Assembly: GCF_964355755.1 (NCBI RefSeq)
Contig: NC_092671.1
Location: forward strand, 13,020,001 to 13,084,000
DNA: 64,000 bases
Reading direction: 5' to 3'
Source of the DNA: Antedon mediterranea
Taxonomy: Eukaryota > Animalia > Echinodermata
Both the position numbers and the translations under genes were made by a program. Positions 1 to 13,980 of this stretch are shown piece by piece. The stretch's first letter is position 1. Each line of letters starts with the position of its first letter. Below the pieces are notes generated by a model. That model ran no database searches. It saw nothing but the letters and a program-made list of their open reading frames with translations, and had not been told where the DNA came from.

Positions 1-552
1 TTAGTATTATGATTTAGTTTTAAATTCATGTGAAACTGATTTCTTAGAATTATAAATCTTTAAATTTGATCCAAGTTTATTTATTTGATTAGTTTAAAGA
101 GCTCTATCATCAGTCAATTGCATTTTTTTTTGCCTAGTAATTTAAAATTCATACTCATAAAGAGGAAGTGTTTTTAATTAATTCAATTTTAATGAGTAAT
201 TGATTTTCTTATCATAAAGTTAGACATATTATTGGCCAACTTAGACGCAATTATACTTTTATGTATGAAGAAGCTTAGTGTTGAAATTTGTGACTTGATG
301 AATCATAAAACTCTGATTCTAAATTTCATTAATCTGCTTTTCTGAAATATTCCAGCAGGTATATTTTTATGGTACTTTTCCATTTTAAAAAAGAGTTTGT
401 TTCATTTCCACTGTTCTCTCCTAGTTCTGTGTCTTGGAAGTTTTTCACATATTATGGTGAAGAATAATTTAAAGATGGAGATGGGACTATACTAGTTAAC
501 TGTGGATTTTACATTGTGTAGTCATCCCAAACCAGTACTGTCAGTGCTTCGT

Positions 553-905
553 ATAGAGTTCTGCGGTGTGACGTCACAACGATAGATGGCGCTGCGTGAT
601 TGCTAGCGCAACCAAAAATGCATTCATTGTATATTTCTATCAAATTATGTATCTTAGCTTGATTTTTTAGACTTAAACTGTAGTTGAAGAATAAATAGAT
701 TATTAAAAACAAATATTAGTGATCTTTAGAAATTTTAGTTTGCTTTTATTGAAAATTATTATGTTTTAAAATGACTACTTCAATAATCTTATTCCAGACC
801 ATTGGTGGCCTTGTAGTCACTTGTGGAGGTTGAACGCAATTTTAGATTGGCTAGAAACCACGCAGCGCCATCTACTGTCGTGACGTCAGCACCGCAGAAC
901 TCTAT
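553..905. mobile_element. MITE (non-autonomous DNA transposon) with ~55-bp TIRs
   Basis: atagagttctgcggtgtgacgtcac...gcgctgcgtg versus cacgcagcgcc...gtgacgtcagcaccgcagaactctat. Confidence 0.85.
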
Positions 906-3900
906 CACATGGAAAAATATTGTAAATCTTTATCTCTGGGAGAAGGGTTGTCAAACGGTCATTGTGTAGTTTGTTGCTGGTGATGTAAAAGGAGTATAAG
1001 AAATATTCTGGAGTCTTTTGTAAATTTGACATGAAATGCTAGACATGTTCATTTAAATCCAAGATCTTCCAAGAAAGAGTCCAGTTACAAATCCAATAAT
1101 CATCCTAGGTTTTCCCTTTCCAACAATCCTAAATCATCATCTCAACTTTATTAATAAGGCTATGGATAATTATTGATTCCTATGGGAAAATAAAAGATTT
1201 TCTTAGAGTCCTGTTCCATCTGCGAATTTTCTTCCTTGTCTATGAAGGCTATAAAATAATAAGATTTTTTTTCTCAGAAAAATATGGTAGTTAATTCTGC
1301 CTAAAAATCAGTCTAGCGTCTGTCTTGGGATAAGACAGAACATTTTGTAAAACTGTTCTTATCCCCATTGGGAAATCTAGACCTTTCAGAGTAAAAGTCT
1401 AAATGTCATCCACCAACCCTTAACCAGCCTCTCTTAATAGCTTATTTTTATGCAGTTTAGGGAAGTATTTCATAGAAAAAATGCCTATTTTTTATTCCTA
1501 TGGGAGAATCTAGGATATCTGAGAAATGATCCAGTGATATTAACCGGCCACTGCTCCTCCTTCCCTCACCACAGTTTTGTCTCGCATTGTACAAGATACT
1601 TGTTTTCTGTGTGTAAACAATTTTGGAGTATTAATATGACAAAACATGCACATCAAATATAATATTCAAGATGTAAATCAGTATAATAGAAGGTATTAAG
1701 AGGATTTTTCCCCTAATAACTTGAAGTAAATATATAGCAGTATATTTAAATTATAGTAATTACCAGACTAAAAGGTGATACATTTAAAACAAAAACAAAA
1801 CATTGAAAAAGATACTGAAGCTAATGGAAGCCATGCTTTGGATACAAGTGAATCTGAAGGCATTTAGCATATTTCCTATTTTCAACAATAATTCAACTGA
1901 ATTCTTCTCATAAACTTAAACATTCTACAATATGTGGTACATTATTATGCATTAATACTAACCATGTTTTTGAATGTGATTTTACATCCTATTCAAAATA
2001 TATACAAATAGGTCTTGCTCATGGATGCATAGGAAATTTGTGTTAGGAACATATGGAAAATGATCAGTGAGAAAAATACTACTAATATGAAAGCTTGACA
2101 TTTTTACCAGTCTTTGCATATATATTGGCTAGCCTTAACTGTGTATGCCAATCTATATTACATACATGTTTAAGTTTTTAGGTGACATTGATTAGAATAG
2201 ATGATTGCATAGCATTAGTATCTATAAATACTATTACAATCATGATGCCGCACCCTGTTGCTTTAAAATATAGGTTTCAGACTTAACATTTAGGTGTTCT
2301 ATGTCAAATCTGCTTTAGTTGATAATTTAAAATTGTATACTTTTTCAACATCACGATTGTTCTTTAAAACCAATTGCACCTATGACATTTTTCAATTTTT
2401 AGCTTTATATTTAGATTGTCAAGTTTTTTGGGGCTAATTTTCACGTACTGTTATTTCCAAAATCATATATCAGCATTTTGGATTGCCACACCCTTTTTAT
2501 TTAAAAAGAAATTTTAGCCACATATCAATATATTTTGCCATAAAAAACAACCCTTTTACTTAAAAATTTAACTTATAAACACATTTTAGTTACCTTTAAT
2601 AAACTTGCCTATTAACATTGGTTTAAAAACTTATTAAAAAATATTCTGTATTAAAATTACAGAGCAACTCAGATAAGCTTCTGTTAGCAATGTACATTAT
2701 AAATACACTAAGATGTATGATGTATTTAAATGTCACACTACACTGTCTAAAAATAGCTTACCGATGATGATACTTAGTAATTCAAATGTTGAAAATATTA
2801 AAAGTATTAAGATACCTAGCTTAAAATACCAGACTTTTGGGTTCAATCAAATATGTTAAACATGATTTCATATAAAAATATTGAGGAAATATTTTGTTTT
2901 CTTTTCTTATTTTCTGTCTGAGATGTGGTATATAGGGAGATTCTAGTAAACCTTAATTTTAATGAATGACGTAACTATTCTATTAAGCAGTTGCGATATT
3001 ACGTACGTTTTGGATGGAAGAAGAATGTTGTCAGCACACTGTTTTATTTTCATGATAAGGCCTGGGTTACCATAGGGCTAGACCTTTTTATACTTGTGTA
3101 TTGGTCAAAATTAATTAGAGATGAAGAAAATTGTTGTTTCATTATAATAAGAAAGAGTAAAACCATTTTTATTTGTCACAAAATATTAGGCCTAAATATT
3201 TTTGTTGGTGTTCAAATGATTGACCTATACAGTAGTACTGTAGTTAGCAGTTAGCGTCATTTCTCGTGAAATCTATCCTATAAGAGCACAGTATTTTTAA
3301 GTAATGAATTTTTACCCTACATAATTCAGATTAGGTGAATCATATAAGTAGGTATGTTTGGTATTTTGTATTAGTAATCCTATTTTTATTATACTAACTA
3401 GTACAATTCCGCACTCCACTTATGTAAGTTTAATGATAAATATAAAAGAAAAAACACACTTCAAATATTTGATAAATATTAACGTGTAATTGTCTATCAT
3501 GTATACATATTTGTAAGGATCTCTCTAATTGACAAATAGTGGGACTGATTGAATTTGGGAGCAACATCAATATTACACTACAGGGAAATATGATAAATTT
3601 AGCCTCCCTCCACCCAGTATCGGTGGAGAGAAAAACATGAAGTTTTTATACAAACCTCATTGCGATATTGGAACCTATTGTTTTCATTGTGAAATAGGAA
3701 TTAGTTACATCATACAACAACACCTGTTGTTGGACATTGATTTTCTACTACTGGGTGTATACCTAAATTTTGCTCAAATCTATTACATCAAGGTCATACA
3801 TTGACAATGCTAGAAATAAATACAATCAATTTTTGTCATGCAATCCTTTCTGTGTATATTGATCTTATATAATCAATAAATATTGTATTTCTGGACGTCT

Positions 3901-4021
3901 CTTTTGATTTTGTTGTTATATTTAAATAAGAGATTAGTCGCGTTCCTTTTAGGGGACAACAATATTAGAAATGATAGCCCCTCATTTTGTTATCATCTGC
4001 CCCTTAATTTTGCCCTAGCCC

Positions 4022-4362
4022 CTCCTTTTAGTGTCCCCAGCTGCCACTCCTTTTAGTGTCCCCATCTGTCACTCCTTTTAGTGTCCCCATCTGCCACTCC
4101 TTTTAGTGTCCCCATCTGCCACTCCTTTTAGTGTCCCTATCTGCCACTCCTTTTAGTGTCCCTAGCTGCCACTCATTTTAGGGTCCCCAGCTGCCACTCC
4201 TTTTAGTATACCTAGCTACCACTCATTTTAATGTCCCTATCTGCCACTCCTTTTAGTGTCCCTAGCTGCCACTCATTTTAGTGCCCCCAGTTGCCACTCC
4301 TTTTAGTGTCCCCAGCTGCCACTCATTTTAGTGTCCCCAGTTGCCACTCCTTTAAGTGTTCC
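4022..4362. repeat. 25-bp minisatellite (ctccttttagtgtccccagctgcca), about 13 copies
   Basis: Direct tandem periodicity of 25. Confidence 0.95.
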
Positions 4363-5906
4363 AGAATTTGTATGTTAATAACACATTTATTTTAGGTGTA
4401 GTTTAAATACATTTAAACCAATTAAACATATTATTATAATTAGCACAACCTCTCAAAATTATTCATTCCTGATTTTATCATTATCAGTGTTATTGGTTAA
4501 AGTGAAAATCTAGTATTTTCTAATATATTGAAAAAATTAATAATAATAATAATAATCAAACAATTTATATAGCATTTAATGGCAAGTATTATAAGAATAA
4601 TATAAAATAAATTGGCTACAGTATGTTTTATATAATAATAAAAATATAAAAGTATTTATAGAATTATAAATATGAAAGTATAGTTTTTGGCCCATATACA
4701 AATTTGCCTCTGATTCGTTTTTTGTGAAGATGTGTTGAAAATCTATCCATTACAAGACAAAATGTTAAATAATCATTAATTTATGTGGTTAATAAATCTT
4801 ATTTCTATTGTTTTTATTATTGCTCTTGACTTTATCACCACTTGTTTTGATGCGAGGTACATTAAAATACCTTGTGCTAATTAATGACGTTGATTCGTTT
4901 AATAGTCGCTTGTTGATTCATGGCTATGACATCATTAGAATCCCTTCAGTTGATTGGTGGATTTACACTCCATTCACTGTGCTTCTACAAGTCGTGTACT
5001 GAAATGATGCTAATAATTAATGACATTTTATATTGGGGTTGTATATTAAAATGCATACATCTAATATTGCTGCTGTGTTCTCTCTGTTTATATTATGGGC
5101 AGAAGAAATAAACAGTTATCCACTATTAGCTTCATGCATAAAGAAAACTGAGTTATTATTAATTAACTATTTCTATCACGTTATTATTATTATTATTATT
5201 ATTAGAAAATAGCATGCCTCATTTTTAAACAGAAAGAAGCATTTTATAAATATGCTGTAGATAAACACAAATCAATTTAGAAAATGAGAAATGCTGCTAC
5301 TGTGTACAAGATGTTGTTGATGTTATTAAACTAGCATAAAAACAAGAATACATAATATGTAGATCAGCTAATTTCTAAATGAAAGAGCCTTCGTATAATA
5401 AGTATCATGGTTTTTGATACTACAGACACAAAACCGTTCATTAGATTAGATGGTGATGCTGTATGGAAAGTGTATTGTATGTTAAAACATAAATTATGAA
5501 TATGATTACTAAGCTTATCATTATGATTGCATGAAGATTTACTTTAGAATTCAAATGATCAATGCCCAAGAGCTATCTGTTTGTGTTGTTTCTTTTCATC
5601 GTTGTTCTTTTCTTATGGACCACCTAAATTTGAGGCCAGTACACAACCAAGATTCTAAATGACCCTGCAACCATATGTTCAGTTTTCCCACTCAAATATC
5701 TTGAAATTTGTTGGTAATTACCAAGTCTATTTAATGTGTCAATCTTTGTATTCTAAATATTAAAACACTCTCAAAATGAACCTCATACAAATAAAAACAT
5801 CAAGTTTTAAATTTTGTGTTCACAAGAAAAACAACAGAAAATATTAGATTTTTTTGTTATATTTCTATTACTTTTATGGTATTTTTTATTTAAATTATAC
5901 ATTTAG

Positions 5907-5930
5907 GTGCAACATCAGGGTTTTTTCGAG
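5907..5930 (+). CDS. Candidate 24-nt CACNB HOOK microexon (ATSGFFR)
   Basis: atttag|gtgcaacatcagggttttttcgag|gtaatc; symmetric phase 1-1, stop-free, and compatible with the phase-1 exon at 7642. Confidence 0.45.
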
Positions 5931-7641
5931 GTAATCAATTACTGTATTATTTATGTTTAATCTTTTATTTGCTTTCTAACACAATGCATTAAACATACTA
6001 CAAATATGAGCGTATGTGCTATGATTGGTGGATGCGGTGATTTGAGAGAGCTTTTTGTTTGCTTGTCCAATATCTTAATTATGTGAACATATACTTTTAA
6101 ATTCAATAAACATTTTTCTATACATTATACATAGTATCTTAAATAAAAACAATTTCTTAAATTCAGTTTTGTACTTTTTCGTATTTGACAACATATAGGC
6201 CTTTTACTCAGTTTAGGCCATATTTCCAGATTATCAGTTAAATTCAGTTGATCTATTAGATAGTCCTTCTTGTTCTGTAATCTATTACATAACTTGCTTC
6301 TTCTCTTGTTGGTATACAGCTTCATAACAAACTAGTACATAAATAAATTTAAAGTGTATCATTTAATTAAGCCAGTTATAAATCATATATTTTCTTCATG
6401 TTCATTGGTTTTTGAATAAAGCTTTTTTTTACCACAAGTTATGAATGAATGAATGACTGTTTTAAATATTGTTTAATTTTTTTCCTATATCTTCTTTTCT
6501 TGTTTTATTTCAACGTAATCTTTCTTTGTACGTCTGATTTAATCAAAATGTAAGTCTTTTGACCTTTTTAATGCTATAAATGTAAATTTGAATGCAAGTG
6601 TTACTTTTATTCTGCTGGTATTATAGAATATTATTATTAGCAGTAAATCTCTCAGTGCATTTAAATAAACTATTATAATAAAACATAGTATTGTAACTCT
6701 TTATATTATTATTTCTGTGGTGTTTGTAGCTAGACAGCAATCTGGGTAGTAGGTACTGTACTACTTTAAGAATGGAGGTGAAGCTTTATGCCATTTGATT
6801 AAATCCTGAATAGGCCAAACTCTATGTTAACTTGTTCGGTGGTATTTGTGGTAGATGCCAGATATCAATTTGTTAAATCCGTATGCTTGATAGAACTGTG
6901 ATATTTAAACCGCCTTGTTACCTGTCCAAGATGTTGACATGCTTGTTTGTTGGTTTAGAATATTCCCCACAGTTTATATTTTTATGTATGCTTTTTTACT
7001 TTTTGCATTTTGATTCAATATAAGTTTATAGAAGAACCCTATCCTTTTTGTATTTTTCTACTGGGCAATTCCATGAAGATTTTATACAAATTGACTAAAT
7101 GGGTATATGTATGATTTTATTCAACCTGCGACCATGGAATTTCCCAACTATTCTTAACAACCGACTGGCAATTATCACTCAATATAATGATGACAGCTAA
7201 TATTATGTTTATATGTTATGGTTTGTTATTATTAATTATTTGTATGTATAGAGGTGAACACTGTAGACTCTTTCATATTATTACATATTATTCTTATTGT
7301 AAACACAGGTTTTATTAAGCCAGTCAGATGTGTATTCTAGCAAATTTTGTTATTACAGTACTACTACAGAGAATGGAATGTTCTGTGAATTATTTATATA
7401 TAATATAGTACAGTACACTACTGTATTTATATTGCATATAATGAAAATGCTTTATATAGTATAATGTGAACACAAACATTTTCTTAACCAGGCAGTTTTG
7501 TGCACTGTTTTTTTTTTCTTCAAATTTTCTGCACTATGGACACATGCCAATAACGGCAAAATTATAAGTATGTTTAAAGTTCATCATTATCATCATTTTA
7601 AAATACAGAAAACTAAACTTTATATTGTTGTTTTGTCTTAG

Positions 7642-7763
7642 GTGTGGATGACCAAAATGGAATAGATGAGGGTGATGAAACTTTGACAAACTCTCTTAGT
7701 ATGTCCAATAAAAGTAATACGATATCTCCACAACCAAAAGAGAAAAGAAAGTTTTTTAAGAAA
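7642..7763 (+). CDS. CACNB: CACNB HOOK-domain exon (long form, ends KEKRKFFKK)
   Basis: ttag|GT..AAA|gtaagt, phase 1-0. SPQPKEKRKFFKK resembles the vertebrate CACNB2 long HOOK exon ending (KEKRMPFFKK). Confidence 0.9.
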
Positions 7764-7866
7764 GTAAGTGATTCAGAAACATTTATCTTCATCGTCGTAA
7801 GTTCCACAATCAACAAATTAATTATTACAAAACTTTTAAGTAGTGGCTGTGTGTGACTGTGTGAAC

Positions 7867-7901
7867 TAGTACACCGGAGTAACCCCTACTCGTCTCGAAA
7901 G
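7867..7901 (-). mobile_element. Fragment of the same Deu/Nin-type SINE as 35578-35885
   Basis: Reverse complement ctttcgagacgagtaggggttactccggtgtactagt matches about 35741-35779. Confidence 0.7.
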
Positions 7902-8224
7902 TTTTATTAGCATATGAGCATTTTGTATACACTCAACCTATGTTTCATTGCTGATATTATGGCTACTTATTACTTGGTCACTCACTCACTCAACATTTTG
8001 TCTTGTGTAAAATAAAAATAGCACAGATTCCTCTATCAAGACTAATTTGAAATAAGTAGTACTTGGCTAATGATTCAACTGTAAGCCTATTGATTCCAAA
8101 ACACCTTTTGATATTGGGTTAAAATATCCTATTGCTTCTGGTTTATTTTACCCACACCTTTTTATATTTTAAAAATTAAACATTTGTTTCAATTTTTAAC
8201 AGTGTTTGTTTATATGTTTTGTAG

Positions 8225-8364
8225 GCTGAGAACGTCCCTCCCTATGAAGTGGTACCTTCCATGAGGCCGCTGGTGTTAGTGGGGCCATCACTGAAGGGAT
8301 ATGAGGTTACTGACATGATGCAAAAAGCTCTTTTTGATTATCTCAAACGAAAGTTTGAGGGAAG
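8225..8364 (+). CDS. CACNB: CACNB GK-domain exon ([15 protein letters not shown]...FEGR)
   Basis: gtag|GCT..AG|gtaggt; canonical start of the CaVbeta GK domain. Confidence 0.97.
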
Positions 8365-10523
8365 GTAGGTAATTTCATCAAAGTTGACACAATCATCAAT
8401 CATGATCATGATTTTTGTAAAGTGTGGAATACAGAGTGTTACACACAAACTGTATATCCAAATATAAAGAATAATAATAACGAATCCAAAAATCTGAGTA
8501 AAATTAGTAGGGTAAATATCATTTCAGTTATTATATAAATTACAATAATTCTCGTATGGATACCTTCAGTAATACTTAGTTGTTAAAAAAACTCTCATAC
8601 ACTACAGTATAACTGTATTTGGATTCTATTCAGGATGAAGGTTCTATGCCCAAACACAAAAAGGAAACAAAATTCGAATTTTAAATATAGAACATAAAAG
8701 TAACATTATCATTATTCATTAAAACAAACATTTAATCTCATACACAGTATTAAGGATACACCGTTCAAACCCAAGCGTCCCCTGGATATAGGTTCGCTGT
8801 AGTGTTGAAGCATGTGTGGCCCCTTGTACTGAGATTAAAGTTGTTAGTGTGTGGTCCACATTGCTTTAAGACTGTATTGCGCAATATAAGTATTAATCCA
8901 TTATAATTATCCATTAAAGGGGGGGGGGGGGGGTGTTCTACTATATTATGTAGACCTCTGATTTCATGCAATATGTTCATATTAAATATTACACAACATT
9001 TGAAATGACTTGTTGCATTTTATGTGACAATTCCAGTGTGTTAATCATCCACACTGCATCCTGGTTTGTTCATGTAACATCACGCCCTATTGTATACTTA
9101 AACTAAAAGAAGGCAACTTCTAATGTATCCACACTAAGCTAAGAGCCTGGTTGACGCATCATGGTAGCGATTCATTTTACAAGATGAAGAACTTGTAATT
9201 AGCTTCGGTGATAATTATACCGTGTTGCGTATAAATTACATTGGTATCTGTACACGTCATGCCCATAATCAACATTAAGAAACGACGGATTTAATTCATT
9301 AGTTCAAACGTATAACTAGGAACATGATACTTATTATATTTTACATTTAAGTTGCATTGCCATTAATAAATCAAATATTTTAAAGTAGTAGAATACGGTA
9401 TTTGGCATAAAATACAGACACATCAACCTTTTATTCTTAACATTTAGTCATACATGGTTATTTTTACTATTATTTTTTATCATAATATTTAGTTAATGTT
9501 CTTCCATAAGACCTTATTAAAATAATATGTATGGAGTTAAAAATGTAATAATACAGTATCAACATAATCATTGTCCTCATCAAAATCATTATCATATTTC
9601 TTAGACAACAGGCGTGACACAGTTGATTAATAAATGTACATCATCACCTGTTACCACCCATCATCTCATCTCTAAATACTGACCTCGTATCTCTTGAATT
9701 ATTTTCACTTCTCCAAATTGTTCATAGACACATGAGGTCCATGGAATTTTTCATTCATAGTAATGTATCGGCTTTTGTATTATACAACCCCGTATACAAC
9801 ACAATAATGAAGAAATTCAACAGCGCTTTCTATTTCTTTATTCATGTTTAACTTCAATCATAATAAATTAAGATCACATTCAATTTTGAATGTGAACCAA
9901 GCATTTTGCTTTCTGAAGTAATTAGAATGGAACCCCTCCTTTTGGACACCCCTATTTAGAGGATACTCATTTTTTTGTGAAAGCAATTGAGTGGCAATAT
10001 AATTATAGTTTTATCAATATAGCCAACCCTTAAGGCCAATTTACACAGACGAGCCGTAACGGCAATGCACTAGAATCTATTTTATTCCTTATGAACACAT
10101 AACACATGATAGGATAAGGTGGAAAAGGCTATACAGCTTTATTCAGAGGACACTTTGTTGAGTTGAGTTCTCTCTTAGCAGTTTTCTTTTCCCGGTTAAT
10201 TATCTTAATTATCAATACAAACTAATAAATGTACATGCTTAGCAATTTTTATTCAAAATATCTCTGTTTCCTTTAAGTTTATGTACAGGCATTTGTAATG
10301 ATCATCTTGAAAGATGAAATTTTCCAATTAATAAATAATACAAAATAATTATTCGTAGTACTGTACAACAGAGATTAACGATTTACGCAAAATATGGTAT
10401 AATTCATCATTAATTGTTATCTAAGGCAAATTTTGAATTAAAACAAAAAGTTCATTGTCCTTCCATATTTACAATTATATTGGTCTGTGAAATTAGTTTC
10501 ACATTTTATTTTTGTTTTTTCAG

Positions 10524-10627
10524 AATATGCATAACTCAGGTGAAAGCTGACATAGCATTGGCTAAGCGACAGATAATGAACCCTAAAACCAAACACACTT
10601 TGCCAACTAGGGGTTCTACCACAGTAG
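10524..10627 (+). CDS. CACNB: CACNB GK exon (ICITQVKADIALAKR...)
   Basis: tttcag|A..G|gtaagc, phase 2-1; similar to vertebrate ISITRVTADISLAKR. Confidence 0.95.
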
Positions 10628-10841
10628 GTAAGCTATCACAATCTTGATGAGAAGTAAGTTTAACAAAATAAGTATGAGTATATCCATTCTACAGACACCC
10701 ACTGATAATCATAACCAATCGTATATTCATATGTAAATGTTATAAATACTTTCATGCATATCAAGATATCTTAGTTTCGTTTTGTTTTTGAAGTGCAGTC
10801 TGACAAATTACTAATTTGGAAATAATAGCAATAGCTTCTAT

Positions 10842-11250
10842 CAAAGAACTTATAACACAAGAATCTCCTGTTCGTCCGAAGCGCGTAACAATTTTGAAAG
10901 GCATTGTGGGATAGAATAGAGCTATGGGTGGCGCCATTGTGAGCCATGGAGTAGGGCGCCCGCATCAAATTAGAAAGTCAAAATCATAGAGGGGATCTGC
11001 TAATGCTCTAGGGGGGATAGAGTAATTGACTGAGGAGTAGGGCGCCCGCATCAAATTAGAAAGTCAAAATCATAGAGGGGATCTGCTAATACTCTAGGGT
11101 GGTAGAGTAATTGACTTCCTAGTTTGGAGGGGGCGCTGCTCCATGCTGTGAAATGGCGTCGCCCAGTTTGACCTTTTAACCCTGTACTTCCGATACTGTG
11201 TTTTGAATGCAAATTGAAGAACAGGAGATTCTTGTGTTATAAGTTCTTTG
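10842..11250. mobile_element. P-element-like MITE with 32-bp perfect TIRs and 7-bp TSD
   Basis: TIR caaagaacttataacacaagaatctcctgttc; cttctat duplicated on both sides; internal ~85-bp tandem duplication. Confidence 0.9.
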
Positions 11251-12429
11251 CTTCTATCGATCACTAAAAACCTTGTCTTGAAATTGGTCTATTATGTTTG
11301 GCCTATAGAAAGTACAGTACATTTTCTATGTAATTTTTATATCTCGAAAGTTTTTCGAAAATAAACACACAATTTATAGGACTTTAATACAATACATAAA
11401 ACAAAAATTAAATGGTACGAAACTTTTAATAACAAAAAAGATAATTCTTTTGGTATAATATGTGTTTATTTCCCTAACGTGAAATATGACATATTAGATT
11501 TATACTGTAAGTATAATTTTAAACATTTTATAGAGAAAGACATCCAAATGAAATTAATATTAAATATAGTATGTTGACGAATTACATTGAACATAAAATC
11601 CTTTTCCTAGAAATTAATTTTATGCGATTTCCGTTTTCTCTCTCATTTTTGGAAAGCATCTGTTTATAATGATTTAAAAACTAATGATTAATAAAATATT
11701 GAATTTAAGTAAGTGCGATAAAGTTGTTGCCTTATTTGGTGTAAGAATTTAAAACCATAATGCTTTAAATTAATTGACTCCCTTTAAATTAATGAAGTAA
11801 TTTTTCCCCTCAAATTGTATACATGACAAATACTGGTAAACTATAGTGAAAGAATTGTTAGATGTTAATACATTAGTGCGTTATTGAGAAAGCAAACCCA
11901 TGTTGAATATTGAGTTAATGCAATGCTTAGAGCTGTTCGATTCAAGATATGCTGATCTCACATGTTGCTTAAATGTCATGCTAGTGTCAAAGGTCATTAT
12001 CCACGGACTTGGAATAGCAACGGTTGAAAAAGCCAAATATCACAGGGTTAAACAAGCTGATTATTCACAACAATTATGTAGATGAGATATGAGATAATGC
12101 AAAAGGAAGTATTCTGTGTATTATGTCTACAACAGCCTTTAAAAAGATGTAAATACCAGTCGACCTAGTGATAATTGTCAACTTTTCCATATTGCTGTAA
12201 ATTCTTATATAATAATACTGTTTATACACACCATATTGTGTATTGCCATCTTCTGCACAATGTTATTAGGCTTCACATTATGACAAGTAATAACAGTTTG
12301 CCAGTAATGTGTGTTATTAACTAATGATAATCAGGATCAAGAACATAAACATGATGATGTTATACATTATACACATCTCAATGTTTTTGATTTTGAACAC
12401 AACACACAAGGTTTTGCATATGTACATCT

Positions 12430-13980
12430 CGATGCTTCACATTATTTACACATCCCAATGTTTTACATTATACAAACATGTTGATGCTTCACATTATGTA
12501 CACATCCCAATGTTTTACATTATACAAACATGTTGATGCTTTACATTAAGGACACATCTCAATGTTTTACATTATACAAACATGTCGATGCTTTACATTA
12601 AGGACACATCTCAATGTTTTACATTATACAAACCTGTTGATGCTTCACATTATGTACACATCCCAATGTTTTACATTATACAAACATGTCGATGCTTTAC
12701 ATTAAGGACACATCTCAATGTTTTACATTATACAAACATGTCGATGCTTTACATTAAGGACACATCTCAATGTTTTACATTATACAAACATGTTGATGCT
12801 TTACATTAAGGACACATCCCAATGTTTTACATTAAGGACACATCTCAATGTTTTACATTATACAAACATGTCGATGCTTTACATTAAGGACACATCTCAA
12901 TGTTTTACATTATACAAACATGTCGATGCTTTACATTAAGGACACATCCCAATGTTTTACATTATACAAACATGTCGATGCTTTACATTAAGGACACATC
13001 TCAATGTTTCACATTATGTACACATCTCAATGTTTTACATTATACAAACATGTTGATGCTTCACATTATGTACACATCCCAATGTTTCACATTATGTACA
13101 CATCTCAATGTTTTACATTATACAAACATGTTGATGCTTTACATTAAGGACACATCTCAATGTTTTACATTATACAAACATGTTGATGCTTTACATTATG
13201 TACACATCCCAATGTTTTACATTATACAAACATGTTGATGCTTCACATTATGTACACATCCCAATGTTTTACATTATACAAACATGTTGATGCTTCACAT
13301 TATGTACACATCCCAATGGTTTACATTATACAAACATGTTGATGCTTCACATTATGAACACATCTTAATGTTTTACATTCTACAAACATCTCAATGTTTT
13401 ATATTATGAACACATCTCAAGGTTTTATATTATGAACACATCTCAAGGTTTTGCATATGCACAAATCTCTATGTTTTACATTATGTACACATCCCAATGT
13501 CTTACATTATGTACACATCCCAATGTTTTACATTATACAAACATGTCGATGCTTTACATTAAGGACACATCCCAATGTTTTACATTATGAACACATCTTA
13601 ATGTTTTACATTATACAAACATGTCGATGCTTTACATTAGGACACATCCCAATGTTCTACATTATGAACACATTTTAATGTTTTACATTATACAAACATC
13701 CCAATATTTTACATTATAAACATATCCCAATGTTTTTTATTATGAACACATCCAAGTGTTTTACATTATACAAACATCTCAATGCTTTACATTATGAACA
13801 CATCCCAATGGTTTACATTATACAAACGTCTCGATACTTTACATTAAGGACACATGTCAATATTTTACATTATTAACACATCCTAATATTTTACGTTATG
13901 AACACATCCTAATGTTTACATTATAAACACATCTATTGTTTACATTATACAAACATCTCAATGTTTTACATTTAATGTAA
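12430..13980. repeat. Minisatellite of 26-bp subunits, mostly as a 52-bp A/B dimer
   Basis: atgttttacattatacaaacatgtcg alternates with atgctttacattaaggacacatctca. Confidence 0.95.

Noticed and set aside
1530-1615. Possible minus-strand exon after acacag
   Set aside because: No recognisable peptide and no compatible partner exons.
4022-4362. CRISPR-like appearance of tandem arrays (also 20967, 52786, 57968)
   Set aside because: No unique spacers, no cas genes, eukaryotic context.
8765-8980. Minus-strand ORF with HTCFN resembling the HECT catalytic motif
   Set aside because: Flanking residues do not fit (no L.LP.Y) and no other HECT exons were seen; probably chance.
12324-13678. Several repetitive ORFs
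   Set aside because: Translations of the 26/52-bp minisatellite in shifting frames.
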